64,000 bases of DNA from assembly GCA_002269645.1 (NCBI GenBank), contig NIVC01003142.1, positions 9,051 to 73,050 of the forward strand, given 5' to 3'. Positions 1-12,677 of this stretch are shown here, piece by piece; the first letter of the stretch is position 1, and each line of letters begins with the position of its first letter. A program made the position numbers and the translations under genes. The notes below the pieces were generated by a model. The model made no database searches. It saw nothing but the letters and a program-made list of their open reading frames with translations, and was not told where the DNA came from. Origin of the DNA: Macrostomum lignano. Taxonomy: Eukaryota.

Positions 1-21
1 GATGGATGGATTGATTGATTG

Positions 22-58
<37 letters not shown>

Positions 59-80
59 CTGATTGATTGATTGATTGATT
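1..80. repeat. (GATT)n microsatellite in an intron of the hemicentin-like gene
   Basis: Direct GATT tandem run upstream of the acceptor tttcag at 126-131. Confidence 0.95.
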
Positions 81-131
81 CTTTAATTACTTCACACGGG
101 GTCATTCGACGACAGTTGATTGCAATTTCAG

Positions 132-3100
132 ATCAACAATCCAATGGTTCAAGGATGGTATACCTGTGGAGATATTAATAGCAAGCGGAGCTGGCTACCT
201 GATAACCGATGTGGGAGCCGGTGGTTCCAACCTGTTAATTCCGTCTGCTCAGCTAAATGACGCAGGAATTTTCACCTGTCGCGCACGCAATTCAGCAGGC
301 AGTGTGTCAAAGCGACACTACTTAGTGCTGCAATCCGGTCCAAGTTTCCCTTCGGATTTCAACACTAGTAGAGAATTGCGACAGGTCAATCTGCAAGATT
401 TTGTTGAGCTCTCTTGTCCTGTCCGAGGTGGACGGCCTCCACCCAGCATTGTCTGGTCCCGACAGCTTCCAGACGGCACGCGACAAGATCTGAGCAGCTC
501 CAATATTGACTCTAGTCGATTCAGCGTCCTTGACAATGGTCAGAAATTATTGATCTTCAGCGTGGCCTTAACGGACTCCGGCGTATACACCTGCACAGCG
601 CGTAGCATTGTCGGGCAAATTAACAAAGTTTACAATCTTCAGGTGAGGCTGAGACCGAAAATTCTGGATGGTCAACTAAAAACTGTCACATCTATTGAAG
701 GCGACAGTGATGTCCGGTTGCCATGCAGCTTTGAGGCGTCACCGGAACCGACCGTCAGGTGGTCAAAAGCTGGACAGAGCCTGGAATCTGCTGGAAGGTT
801 CAAAATACTTCGCGAGTATCTGGAAATTTCTAGCGTCACCAGTGCAGATTCTGGAGAATACACTTGCCTAGTTACTAACAGCGCAGGCCGAGATGTGACT
901 CGTGTGCAGCTCAGGGTTCTGGGTAAGTTGGCCCAGATTTTACACTCAGATGCTTTGTGTTTTACTGCATTCACTAATAACTGATTGACAAAGTTTATTT
1001 AATTGGGTACCGGCTAAATTAAAGGCTAATTAACATAATTGAACTGTGCAAGCTCATGATCTTGAAAGCGCTCAAACTTGTCCTGTTCAGTGAAGCCCAG
1101 AATTGCTGGCGGTCCATTTCCAAGAACTGTGGTGGCAAAACGAGGCCAATCTGTGAAGCTCAACTGCTCTGCAATTGGAGATCCGCAGCCCAGCATTGTT
1201 TGGAAGCGAGGCACAGATGACGTCATAGTGCCCAGTAGCAGTGAGTCGTTTCGTTAAAAAATGTATTTCCAAGCAAGCTTCATTTAAAATTTTGCAATGT
1301 GGCTGCATTCTATTATAGCTTTTCAGCCATCTGGGAGCTCTTTGATAATCAACAACTTGGATCCGAGTCACGCTGGCATGTTCACCTGCGAGGCCAGCAA
1401 CACGGCTGGTACTGCCGCGGCGCGGATAGAGCTGCAGATTCTGCGTAAGGACTCTGTCTTGGTGTCTGTCTTAGTGTCTGTCTTAGTGTCTGTCTTAGTG
1501 TCTGTCTTAGTGTCTGTCTTAGTGTCTGTCTCAGTGTCTGTCTCTGTGTCTGTCTCAGTGTCTGTCTTAGTGTCTGTCTCAGTGTCTGTCTCTGTGTCTG
1601 TCTTAGTGTCTGTCTCTGTGTCTGTCTCAGTGTCTGTCTCAGTGTCTGTCTTAGTGTCTGTCTCAGTGTCTGTCTCTGTGTCTGTCTTAGTGTCTGTCTC
1701 AGTGTCTGTCTTAGTGTCTGTCTCTGTGTCTGTCTCTGTGTCTGTCTCTGTGTCTGTCTCAGTGTCTGTCTTAGTGTCTGTCTCAGTGTCTGTCTTAGTG
1801 TCTGTCTCAGTGTCTGTCTCAGTGTCTGTCTTAGTGTCTGTCTCAGTGTCTGTCTCAGTGTCTGTCTTAGTGTCTGTCTCTGTGTCTGTCTCAGTGTCTG
1901 TCTCAGTGTCTGTCTTAGTGTCTGTCTCAGTGTCTGTCTCTGTGTCTGTCTCAGTGTCTGTCTTAGTGTCTGTCTCAGTGTCTGTCTTAGTGTCTGTCTC
2001 AGTGTCTGTCTCAGTGTCTGTCTCAGTGTCTGTCTCAGTGTCTGTCTCAGTGTCTGTCTCAGTGTCTGTCTCAGTGTCTGTCTCAGTGTCTGTCTCAGTG
2101 TCTGTCTCTGTGTCTGTCTCTGTGTCTGTCTCAGTGTCTGTCTTAGTGTCTGTCTCAGTGTCTGTCTCTGTGTCTGTCTTAGTGTCTGTCTCTGTGTCTG
2201 TCTCAGTGTCTGTCTCAGTGTCTGTCTTAGTGTCTGTCTCAGTGTCTGTCTCTGTGTCTGTCTTAGTGTCTGTCTCAGTGTCTGTCTTAGTGTCTGTCTC
2301 AGTGTCTGTCTCTGTGTCTGTCTCTGTGTCTGTCTCAGTGTCTGTCTTAGTGTCTGTCTCAGTGTCTGTCTTAGTGTCTGTCTCAGTGTCTGTCTCAGTG
2401 TCTGTCTCTGTGTCTGTCTTAGTGTCTGTCTCAGTGTCTGTCTTAGTGTCTGTCTCAGTGTCTGTCTTAGTGTCTGTCTCAGTGTCTGTCTCAGTGTCTG
2501 TCTCTGTGTCTGTCTCAGTGTCTGTCTCAGTGTCTGTCTTAGTGTCTGTCTCAGTGTCTGTCTTAGTGTCTGTCTCAGTGTCTGTCTCAGTGTCTGTCTT
2601 AGTGTCTGTCTCAGTGTCTGTCTCAGTGTCTGTCTTAGTGTCTGTCTCAGTGTCTGTCTCAGTGTCTGTCTTAGTGTCTGTCTCAGTGTCTGTCTCAGTG
2701 TCTGTCTCAGTGTCTGTCTCAGTGTCTGTCTCAGTGTCTGTCTCAGTGTCTGTCTCAGTGTCTGTCTCAGTGTCTGTCTCAGTGTCTGTCTCAGTGTCTG
2801 TCTCAGTGTCTGTCTGTCAATCACTCTATACATGCAATTGTCTGTCTTTGTAAAAACAGAGTAGCTCAGCGGTAACGCACCCCGGGTTCGAATTTTGTGC
2901 ATAGTAACATTAATTTGGGGCTCCTACACAAAAATTGGCTGTTTGCGCTTCGCCTTGATAATCAGTGCCCACTAAAATGATTAAAGACTCGATTTCCACA
3001 ACCATACCCCAGTCGCTCCTGTCATCCAGCCGCCGAGCACCTCAGTTCACCGGGTGCCAGCAGGCGAGGCTGTACTGCTGGAATGTCGAGCTGTTGGAGA

Positions 3101-6100
3101 TCCGCAGCCTCTGGTCACCTGGAGCAGAAACGGTTCGCAAATCTATTGGAATAATCCGCTCTACCGGCTGCTGAGCTCCGGGAGTTTGCGGATCTCCAAT
3201 GCACAGTGAGTGAGACAAGATATCGATAGATCTAAGAGATAGTTTCCAAATCAATTAGCGTTAAATTTCGATGCCCAACTTCGGGCGTTCAAACTCAAGG
3301 TCAAACGATGCTGGAATGTTCCGCTGCACAGCCAGAAACTCGGCGGGCACGGCGGTTCAAGATCATTGGCTGGAGGTGATAGGTGAGAGAACCCAGGTGA
3401 TAAAAGTACAAGTAGGACTTTGTGTTTCAGATTTTGCCACTTTAGGTGCTAGTAGACATACTATTTTTGGTGTCAACAGTGACGATGTAAGTGTCAGGGT
3501 GCACTTTAGCTACGTGTCAATATGTACTTTAGATAGGTTTAAAGATGCACTTTAGCGAGGTGTCAAAATTTATTTTAGATAGGTTTTAAGATTTACTTTA
3601 GCTAGGGGGTCAGTATGTACTTTAGAGAGGTTTTATGATGCACTTAAGCTATGTGTCAGTATGTACTTTAGATAGATATTAGGATCCACATTAGCCAGGT
3701 GACAGAATGTAATTTAGCTATACGTAGGGATGTACTTTAACTATGGGTCAGTATGTACTTTAGAGAGGTTTTATGATGCACTTAAGCTGTGTCAGGATGT
3801 ACTTTAGATAGATATTAGGATGCAATTTAGCCAGGTGACAGAATGTGCTTTAGTTAGACGTAGGGATGCACTTTAGCTAGATGTCGACGTACTCGATTTT
3901 TGTCGTCAAAAGCATTGCTTCATTCCTATTCTAAAACAATAATTGACACAGATCGGCCAACAGTGGTGGCAGCAGCCCCCGTCGTGACGGTCACCCTGGA
4001 GCCCGGTGCGTCACCGGATGCTACACTCCGCTGCGAAGTCCGCAGCGGCGCCGCTGCCAACTTGTCCTGGCGGAGGAATGACGCCCAGCTGCAATCCTCA
4101 TCGTCAAGATTCTATCAACAGTCGTCAACAGGTCCCGGCGGAGTTGTGACCATGAGCCTGACGATTCGGCAAGTTCGAGTTGATGACGCGGGCCAGTACA
4201 GGTGTCTGGCAAGCAATGGGGCTGGCGCGGATTCCGCGGAGGTTCTGCTGCGAACTCTGGTGCCACCCAGTGTGGCTGATGATCAGGTTGAGGTATGTGC
4301 GATTGCAGAGTGACTGCGATTAGACTGGAGTATGGTGAGACAGGACAGACACCAGGACAGACAGACACTAGGACAGACAGACAACAGGACAGACAGACAC
4401 TAGGACAGACAGACACTAGGACAGACAGACACTAGGACAGACAGACACTGAGGACAGACAGACACTGAGGACAGACAGACAACAGGACAGACAGACACTA
4501 GGACAGACAGACACTAGGACAGACAGACACTAGGACAGACAGACACTGAGGACAGACAGACACTGAGGACAGACAGACACTAGGACAGGCAGACACTAGG
4601 ACAGGCAGACACTAGGACAGACAGACACTGAGGACAGACAGACACTAGGACAGGCAGACAGAATTCCTCTCTCGGACTCTCCCAGGTTGCGGGGCCACCC
4701 GAGGTGTCCCACGCGGCGGCGCCCAACTACCAGTTCTTCATGAACGGCTGGATGCAGTTGCGCTGTCAGTCCAGCGGCCGACCGCCTGCCCGGATTTTCT
4801 GGTACCGCAACGGCAGGCGCATCAGCTCGGAGACGCCGCCTGCCACTGGCTCGGGCTCTCACTCGGTGTACAGGCTCGGGCCGGACGACTCGGGTCTGTA
4901 CGAGTGCGAGGCCGAGAACTTAGCCGGACGCAAGAGAAAAATTGTTGCCAACGTCACAGTGCTGGGTGAGAAGCTTTGAGTAGCGAATTGGAGTTAAAAT
5001 GTTACAAGTACTCGTAGTATAAATTAAAGAATACTAGAGACACAAGTAGTATACTACCTATAGTAGGATAATTAGTATATGTGCGACGAAAAATACCCTG
5101 GGAGGCAAAAATGACTACTTGAGTGAATATAAAGTCAGCAAATACTGTATAAGTAAAAAGTATTGAGTCTATAAATACTACTAGAGTGACATGTATTTAT
5201 TAAGTGACAATACTAGAGTGATAACTAATACTGCAGTGACAAGTAATACTAGAGTGACAAGTAATACTAGAGTGACAGGTAATACTAGAGTGACAAGTAC
5301 ATGTAATACTAGAGTGACAGGTAGTACTAGAGTGACAGGTAATACTAGAGTGACAAGTACATGTAATACTAGAGTGACAGGTAGTACTAGAGTGACAGGT
5401 AGTACTAGAGTGACAGGTAGTACTAGAGTGACAGGTAGTACTAGAGTGACAGGTAGTACTAGAGTGACAGGTAATTCTAGAGTGACAGGTAGTACTAGAG
5501 TGACAGGTAATTCTAGAGTGATGAGAATAACTGGATCGACAAAGGAATACTCTCTGGAGTGAAAGAGCCGGATGCACAGTTAAATACTGTAGAAAACTTA
5601 ATTTACAAACCGGAAACACACCAGGCCCACCGGAAGTACTCAGCCTTGGCCACTCGACAGATCTGAGCGGCGTGTATCCGGCTGTCACACTGACTTGTCA
5701 GATTCAGGGCAGCTTCACTCAGCTCGACTGGACACTGAATGGGCAGCCGTTGCAGACCAGCGCCGGCAGCAGATTCAGCGACTACGGCAACGGCACCTTG
5801 GTGATACGGCGGGCAACTGTGCGTAAAAACAACAGATTTCCTGCGTTTTTCTACTGTTAGTAGAGCTATAGAGTTATACAGTAGTTTCTTATCAGTGATT
5901 CATAAAAAACATCCATAACCAAGGTAAGCAAACCTATTCGAGGTAACACAACTCGTATCAAAGGATAAAACAACACTGCATCCAGGGTAACAAAACTCCC
6001 AAGGAAAACAACCCATATCAACCCAGAATAACCCCCCTGATTCAAGGTAAAAAACTCTGTATCCAAGGTAAGCATCTCCGTATCCAAGGTATGCAACTTC

Positions 6101-9100
6101 GTATCCAAGGTATGCTACTTCGTATCCAAGGTAAACAACTCTGTATCCAAGGTAAGCATCTCCGTATCCAAGGTATGCAACTTCGTATCCAAGGTAAACA
6201 ACTTTGTATCCAAGGTAAACAACTCCGTATCCAAGGTAAGCATCTCCGTATCCAAGGTAAACAACTCTGTATCCAAGGTAAACTACTTCGTATCTAAGTT
6301 AAACAACTCCGTATCCAAGGTAAACAACTTCGTATCCAAGGTAAGCAACCTTGTATCCAGGGTAAACAACTCCGTATCCAATTGGTAAACTACTTCGCTT
6401 CCAAGATAAAACACATTGTATGTAGGCCGCAGGGTAAGCAATACGCATCCACAGTAGACAATTAGTATCCAAGGTAAACAATCCGTACCCAAGGCCTTCC
6501 CCTTCCACTCTGCCCACGTAGTCCGCAGACGCAGGCCGCTACACCTGCATCGCTCGAAACCCGAGCGGCAGCGGTCGCGCCGAAGCGTCGGTTCCGGCGC
6601 CACCGGACGGCCGACCGAGATTTCTCGACGACGACGCCGGCCGACCGAACTTTCGGCTCCGGCCGGACAGCCGCTGCGCTTGCGCTGTCCCGGACGTCCG
6701 GTTGGCCGTCCGACTCCTCGAGTCTACTGGCTGAAGGACGGTCGACCTCTGCCAACGTCTTCGACTGGTGCACAGCCGCGGCGGCAGCTGCAGCTGCTCC
6801 TGGTCAGTCCCGACCCGGTCGCCGACTCCGGCGTCTACAGGTGCGTCGCCGAGAATTCGATTGGCGGCTACGCTGAATCGTCGTCAATCCGGCTGAGAAT
6901 CTTCGTCAACGGCGGCTTCTCTGCCTGGTCGAACTGGTCGCCTTGCAGCGTCACCTGCGGCCCCGGCGGCTGGACTCGACGGAGCCGACGGTGCGACAGT
7001 CCGGCGCCGATGAACGGCGGAGCGGATTGCGTCGGGCTGAGCGTCGAGTCGAGAGGATGCTGGGAGCGGGACTGCGTCGGTGAGGATTTCGGGACTTTGG
7101 CTGTTTCTATAAATCGTGCTGGGGTTCTCGGGGATTTTCTTGGGATTTTTCAAGGTATTTAGCAGGGATTCTTCGGGGATTTCGCAGGGATTATTCGGGA
7201 TTTCACAGGGATTATTCGGGGATTTCACAGGGATTCTTCGGGATTTTGCGAGTTACGCATAAAGCTGAGGTTCTAAAAAATCTAAGAAATGTATATAGCT
7301 CGTATTTCATTTCTGTTGTCTCCAAAAGCAGCAAAACAGTAAAAGTACTCCCAGCAGCGATTGGCTTGCGGTCACGCAAAGCGACTTCTGAGCAGGCATT
7401 TAGAAAGCTGTCGGCTTTTCAAAGCAAACTGAATAAAACTGCAATCAATGACTTCGGTGCAAAAGCTGCAGAATACGGACCACCAAGCCGAGCTCGAAAT
7501 CCCTCTGAGGATTTCTATTTTGATTGAATTTTCTAAACCAACTCTTCGGAAAAGCGATTTCTAAGGCTGATTTAGCTCTGGGAATTTGATTAATTGGGAT
7601 TTTTTATACAGTGAGCTGCTATCGTTCCCTCCGATCATTTTTGGTGGGGCTTACAGAGTAATGTCACTGGATGCTGCTGCATGAGAGTCTTACCCTAATC
7701 GGCAGCTATACTACTTCTATGTTATGCAGGAGGGGGCCTTCACTGCAGCATCCTTGTGAGATCTGCTTCTTTTTTCTATATGCAGCATGGACATAGGAAT
7801 TTTCTACGGATAGATTAACCCAAGCTTGATAAGTGTGTGTGAATTATTAATAATAATGCTTATTGAATCATTTTTAATATCGTATGGTCTCTCTCTGATC
7901 AGCTCTCTTAAGGGCTCCTGTACCTGTGTGTTCCCCTTCTGTCTCCCCTTCTGTCGGTTGTCTCCCCTTGTCTCCCCCTCTGTCTCCCCTTGTCTCCCCT
8001 CTGTCTCCCCTTGTCTCCCCCTTCTGTCTCCCCCTTCTGTCTCCCCTTGTCTCCCCTTATCTCCCCCTCTGTCCTCCCTCTGTCTCCCCCTGTCTCCCCT
8101 TCTGTCTCCCCCTCTGTCTCCCCTTGTCTCCCCCTCTGTCTCCCCCTGTCTCTCCTTCTGTCTCCCCTTGTCTCCCCTTGTCGCCCCCTCTGTCTCCCCT
8201 TGTCTCCCCTTGTCGCCCCTTGTCTCCCCTTGTATCCCCTTGTCTCCCCCTCTGTCTCCCCTTGTCTCCCCCTCTGTCTCCCCTTGTCTCCCCCTCTGTC
8301 TCCCCTTCTGTCTCCCCTTGTCTCCCCTTGTATCCCCTTGTCTCCCCCTCTGTCTCCCCTTGTCTCCCCCTCTGTCTCCCCTTCTGTCTCCCCTTGTCTC
8401 CCCCTCTGTCTCCCCCTCTGTCTCCCCTTCTGTCTCCCCTTCTGTCTCCCATCTGTCTCCCCTTGTCTCCCCTTCTGTCTCCCCTTGTCTCCCCCTCTGT
8501 CTCCCCTTCCGTCTCCCCTTCTGTCTTCCCTTGTCTCCCCCTCGTCTCCCCTTCTGTCTCCCCCTCTGTCTCCCCTTCTGTCTCTCATTCTGTCTCCTAT
8601 CTGTCGATCCCTCCGTCTTCCCCTCTGTCTCCCCTGTCGCTTCCCGTTGTCTCTCCGTCTTCTACGACCAGATTACGCGTAACTCTTATCAACAACTCCA
8701 CCCCCTATTCAGTCCGTCGCACCTGCGCCCAGTTCGGTCACACCTGTCAGGCCGGCTGTCAGGACACCCCAACCGGGTTCCGGTGCACCTGCCCTCGAGG
8801 CTACTCTCTAGACGAAGCCACCGGGCGACGGTGTCAAGACGTCGACGAGTGCCTGGCAACTAGCAGACCGCCGCCCTGCCCAGCCTTTGAGCAGTGCCTG
8901 AACACCATTGGCAGCTATCACTGTCGGACTATCCAGTGCCCAGCTGGTTACGTCTACGACTCTAGGCAAAGGTCGGTCCTGCATTCACAAACTATATGTA
9001 CATGTATTGTACTGCAGCACAAAACTAGGGGACGCCATACTATACACTCGTTTATTGTGCAAAATTGCTGGGTCGCAGACGGCTGCATGAGAAAGGGAGG

Positions 9101-10100
9101 TTGGTGCTGCAGACGGCTGGGGGAAGGGAGTTGGTGCTGCGGCTGGGAGAGGAGGGTTGGACGGTGCGGACGGCTGGGGGAGGGAGGTTGGTGTTGCAGA
9201 CGGCTGGGGGAAGGGAGTTGGTGCTGCGGCTGGGAGAGGAGGGTTGGACGGTGCGGACGGCTGGGGGAAGGGTGTTGGTGTAAACGGCTGGGGGAGGGGA
9301 GTTGGTGCAGACGGCTGGGAGAGGGGGTTGGTGTAAACGGCTGGGGGAGGGGAGTTGGTGCAGACGGCTGGGAGAGGGGGTTGGACGGTGCGGACGGCTG
9401 GGGAGGGGGTTGGTGTAAACGGCTGGGGAGGGGAGTTGGTGCAGACGGCTGGGAGAGGGGGGTTGGACGATGCGGACGGCTGGGGGAGGGGGTTGGTGCA
9501 GACGGCTGGGGGAGGGGGGTTGGTGTAAACGGCTTGGGGGTGTAAACGGGTTAGAGTGGAAAAAATGCTGGCCCTACCTGATCGAGAGCCACCGAGTGCT
9601 CATTGGTGCAAGCGCACCGGGGCACAAAAGTACATGCAAGATACACTAACATCAGCAACAGATTGAAAACACAAACACCGCCCAATCACAGGGTGTGCCT
9701 CGAGCCCTGCCGACCAGAGGACCGCAACTGCAACTCGACCAACGGAAACAGCCTGAAATTCATCGTCATCAACGTACTGCCGAAGCACAACAACTTCACG
9801 CTAAAAATCATCGACGCCAGGCATGTGAACGTGAGAAACTGTCACTACAGACTGTTGCAGAAGTCAGCTGACGCGCCATTCAACATTCGCAGCAGCTCCG
9901 GCCGAGTGACAATAATTCGAACCCCGGACCCCGACCTGGCTGGCAAACTCGGTCGAATGTTCCAGATGAAGATTAAGGCGGAATGCTACCGCGGCGGCGA
10001 TAAGCCAATATTTCGCACAACCTTCAATGTGTATATCAGCATAGCGGCTTACAACTATGGGATGCCGACTTTGCAGTTCCTGTTTCCCAGGTTCAACTGA
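132..10100 (+). CDS. HMCN: Hemicentin-like (fibulin-6-like) extracellular matrix protein, 3' part: about 9 I-set Ig domains, 1 TSP1, EGF/cbEGF repeats and a fibulin-type C-terminal domain
   Basis: Phase-consistent GT-AG exons read by hand: 132-922, 1091-1240, 1319-1444, 3013-3205, 3300-3382, 3952-4292, 4686-4965, 5625-5818, 6522-7079, 8713-8971, 9692-10100 (TGA). Repeated Ig motifs (C...W...DxGxYxCxAxNxAG), TSP1 [12 protein letters not shown], cbEGF DVDEC...[10 protein letters not shown], and a C-terminal module after VCLEPC. One apparent frameshift near 6640. The 5' end lies outside the window. Confidence 0.9.
1452..2818. repeat. 12-bp minisatellite (TCAGTGTCTGTC / TTAGTGTCTGTC / TCTGTGTCTGTC), about 110 copies, intronic
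   Basis: Direct tandem units between the donor at 1445 and the acceptor at 3012. It explains the spurious VSVS and RQTL ORFs. Confidence 0.97.
2860..2935 (+). mobile_element. Fragment of a tRNA-derived SINE head
   Basis: A-box-like TAGCTCAGCGG, B-box-like GGGTTCGAATT, then ACATTAATTTGGGG, which is shared with the SINE at 50202. Confidence 0.5.
4340..4661. repeat. About 16-17-bp minisatellite (GGACAGACAGACACTA / ...CACTGA), intronic
   Basis: Direct tandem units. The core is the reverse complement of the 1452-2818 unit. Confidence 0.95.
5180..5522. repeat. 18-bp minisatellite (ACTAGAGTGACAGGTAGT), intronic
   Basis: Direct tandem units. It explains the TRVTGS ORF. Confidence 0.93.
6055..6400. 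repeat. 21-bp minisatellite (GTATCCAAGGTAAACAACTCC), intronic
   Basis: Direct tandem units with period 21. Confidence 0.92.
7130..7245. repeat. Short GGGATT(T/C)-core tandem repeat, intronic
   Basis: Repeated gggatttc / gggattattc units. Confidence 0.75.
7935..8620. repeat. Pyrimidine-rich (TGTCTCCCC-core) degenerate minisatellite, intronic
   Basis: Direct CTCCCC units. It explains the PLSP and GDRG ORFs. Confidence 0.92.
9075..9548. repeat. G-rich minisatellite (GACGGCTGGGGGAGGG core), intronic
   Basis: Direct tandem units between the donor at 8972 and the acceptor at 9691. Confidence 0.9.
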
Positions 10101-10436
10101 CCAATTTCTAAACTTTAGTTGAGTTTGTGTTTTTGTTTTAGAAATTAGCAGCTTCAATAAGCGACTCAAAGTAGAGTTAATACAATACAAAAAACAAAAA
10201 ATCAAACTCTGTCTGATACAATTAAATAAGCATGGATGTAATTATAAATAGAATCGTTGACTGTTTAACTACGCAAACTATATTTATAAGATGACTGATT
10301 AATTCAAAATTACAAGCAATTGAAATATATCTTTAATGTGGATAATTTTCCACATTAAACGCTTATAGTTAATCAAAATTAAGGTGCAGAAGTGACTTTT
10401 CAACCACTTTGAAGGCATGAACATTTTTTGTTTACT

Positions 10437-11385
10437 CCTATCGGGCTGTGACCTATGGGTACGATCGGGTCATGACCTTTTGGGTATAATCGGGTCATGA
10501 ACTTTTGGATATGATCGGGTCATGACCTATGCGTAGGATCGGGTCATGACCTTTTGGGTACGATCGGGCCATGACCTTTTGGGTATAATCGGGTCATGAC
10601 CTTTTGGATATGATCGGGTCATGACCTATGCGTAGGATTGGGTCATGACCTTTTGGGTATAATCGGGTCATGAACTTTTGGATATGATCGGGTCATGACC
10701 TATGCGTAGGATCGGGTCATGACCTTTTGGGTATAATCGGGTCATGACCTTTTGGATATGATCGGGTCATGACCTATGCGTAGGATCGGGTCATGACCTT
10801 TTGGGTATAATCGGGTCATGACCTTTTGGATATGATCGGGTCATGACCTATGCGTAGGATCGGGTCATGACCTTTTGGGTATAATCGGGTCATGACCTTT
10901 TGGGTATAATCGGGTCATGACCTTTTGGGTATAATCGGTTCATGACCTTTTGAGTATAATCGGGTCATGACTTTTTGGGTATAATTGGGTCATGGCCTAT
11001 ACTTTTGGGTATAATCGGGTCATGACCTTTTGGGTATAATCGGTTCATGACCTTTTGAGTATAATCGGGTCATGACTTTTTGGGTATAATTGGGTCATGG
11101 CCTATACTTTTGGGTATAATCGGGTCATGAACTTTTGGATATGATCGGGTCATGACCTATGCGTAGGATCGGGTCATGACCTTGTTGGGTATAATCGGGT
11201 CATGACCTTTTGGATATGATCGGGTCATGACCTATGCGTAGGATCGGGTCATGACCTTGTTGGGTATAATCGGGTCATGACCTTTTGGGTATAATCGGGT
11301 CATGACTTTTTGGGTATAATCGGGTCATGACTATTTGGGTATGATCGGGTCATGACTTTTTGGGTATGATTGGGTCATGACCTAA
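10437..11385. repeat. About 24-bp minisatellite (ATCGGGTCATGACCTTTTGGGTAT) with palindromic GGTCATGACC core, intergenic
   Basis: Direct tandem units, with higher-order alternation of variants. Confidence 0.95.
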
Positions 11386-12039
11386 CTTGAGCTTATTAGG
11401 TAATTATTTGTACATGCCCTTTCCGTTTCATGACCTCTAATGAACTATAATTGGCTCTAATTACATAGAGCAGTAGTATGATGGTTTCAAACAAGAAGAA
11501 ATGAAAATGACGTCAGTGAAAGTTACGAGTAAATTGATACAGATTAATGTGCTTACAATGGCAGCAGCAGCAACAGCAGAAGAGAAGCACTATAGCAAGT
11601 GTGCAAATCTACCCTATGTAATAAGGATTTTTTTCAAATTCCAAACAAAAAATGCTCTCAGTTGGAGTGCTACAATAGAGCTAGAAGTACAAAAAACTTT
11701 TCTTGATAACGCATCGGGAAGACAGACACTTTGCCCACTAGATAGCTACAGGCAGTGAGGCGAATCAAGCGAGGAAATAGCATATTATTGGCATAAACCA
11801 CCCGTAAATCTTATACACAGGCTATATAAGTCACTGCCCAATCAAGTGCTTTACGATATGTATCGTAAAACAGGTTTTACACTACTAGACGTACAAAAGA
11901 TTCTTTGGGTTTCCTAGAAAGAAAAACACTTAATGATTCACCATTTATATTTGATATTATACTTGTAGACGTTTAAAAGCCATAGACAATTGCAATTCAT
12001 TACAGACACACTTAAGCCACACGCAATTACAATTAACTA

Positions 12040-12588
12040 CAGAATATAAAAGCCATAGACAATTGCAATTAACTACAGACTTATAAAAGCCATAGACAAT
12101 TGCAATTATTTACAGACTTATAAAAGCCATAGACAATTGCAATTGACTACAGACTTATAAAAGCCATAGACAATTGCAATTGACTACAGACTTATAAAAG
12201 CCATAGACAATTGCAATTGACTACAGACTTATAAAAGCCATAGACAATTGCAATTGACTACAGACTTATAAAAGCCATAGACAATTGCAATTGACTACAG
12301 ACTTATAAAAGCCATAGACAATTGCAATTGACTACAGACTTATAAAAGCCATAGACAATTGCAATTAACTACAGACTTATAAAAGCCATAGACAATTGCA
12401 ATTAACTACAGACTTATAAAAGCCATAGACAATTGCAATTAACTACAGACTTATAAAAGCCATAGACAATTGCAATTAACTACAGACTTATAAAAGCCAT
12501 AGACAATTGCAATTAACTACAGACTTATAAAAGCCATAGACAATTGCAATTAACTACAGACTTATAAAAGCCATAGACAATTGCAATT
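12040..12588. repeat. 37-bp minisatellite (AAAAGCCATAGACAATTGCAATTGACTACAGACTTAT), about 14 copies
   Basis: Near-identical direct units containing the palindrome CAATTGCAATTG. Confidence 0.96.
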
Positions 12589-12677
12589 AATCATCCCAAA
12601 AATGAGCATAACAGCTGAATGTAAAACACAAATCAATATATATTCGCTAAGACATAAACAAAAATTATTTATTTGGT

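Noticed and set aside
1297-2902. Long ORFs (518 aa and 506 aa) with VSVS and RQTL repeats
   Set aside because: They are translations of a 12-bp intronic minisatellite. Only 1319-1444 is a real exon.
7826-9545. Pro/Leu/Ser-rich and Gly/Trp-rich ORFs
   Set aside because: They derive from intronic repeats. Only 8713-8971 has splice sites and EGF motifs.
10437-12588. CRISPR-like appearance of palindromic 24-bp and 37-bp repeats
   Set aside because: The units are contiguous with no unique spacers, there are no cas genes, and the context is eukaryotic.
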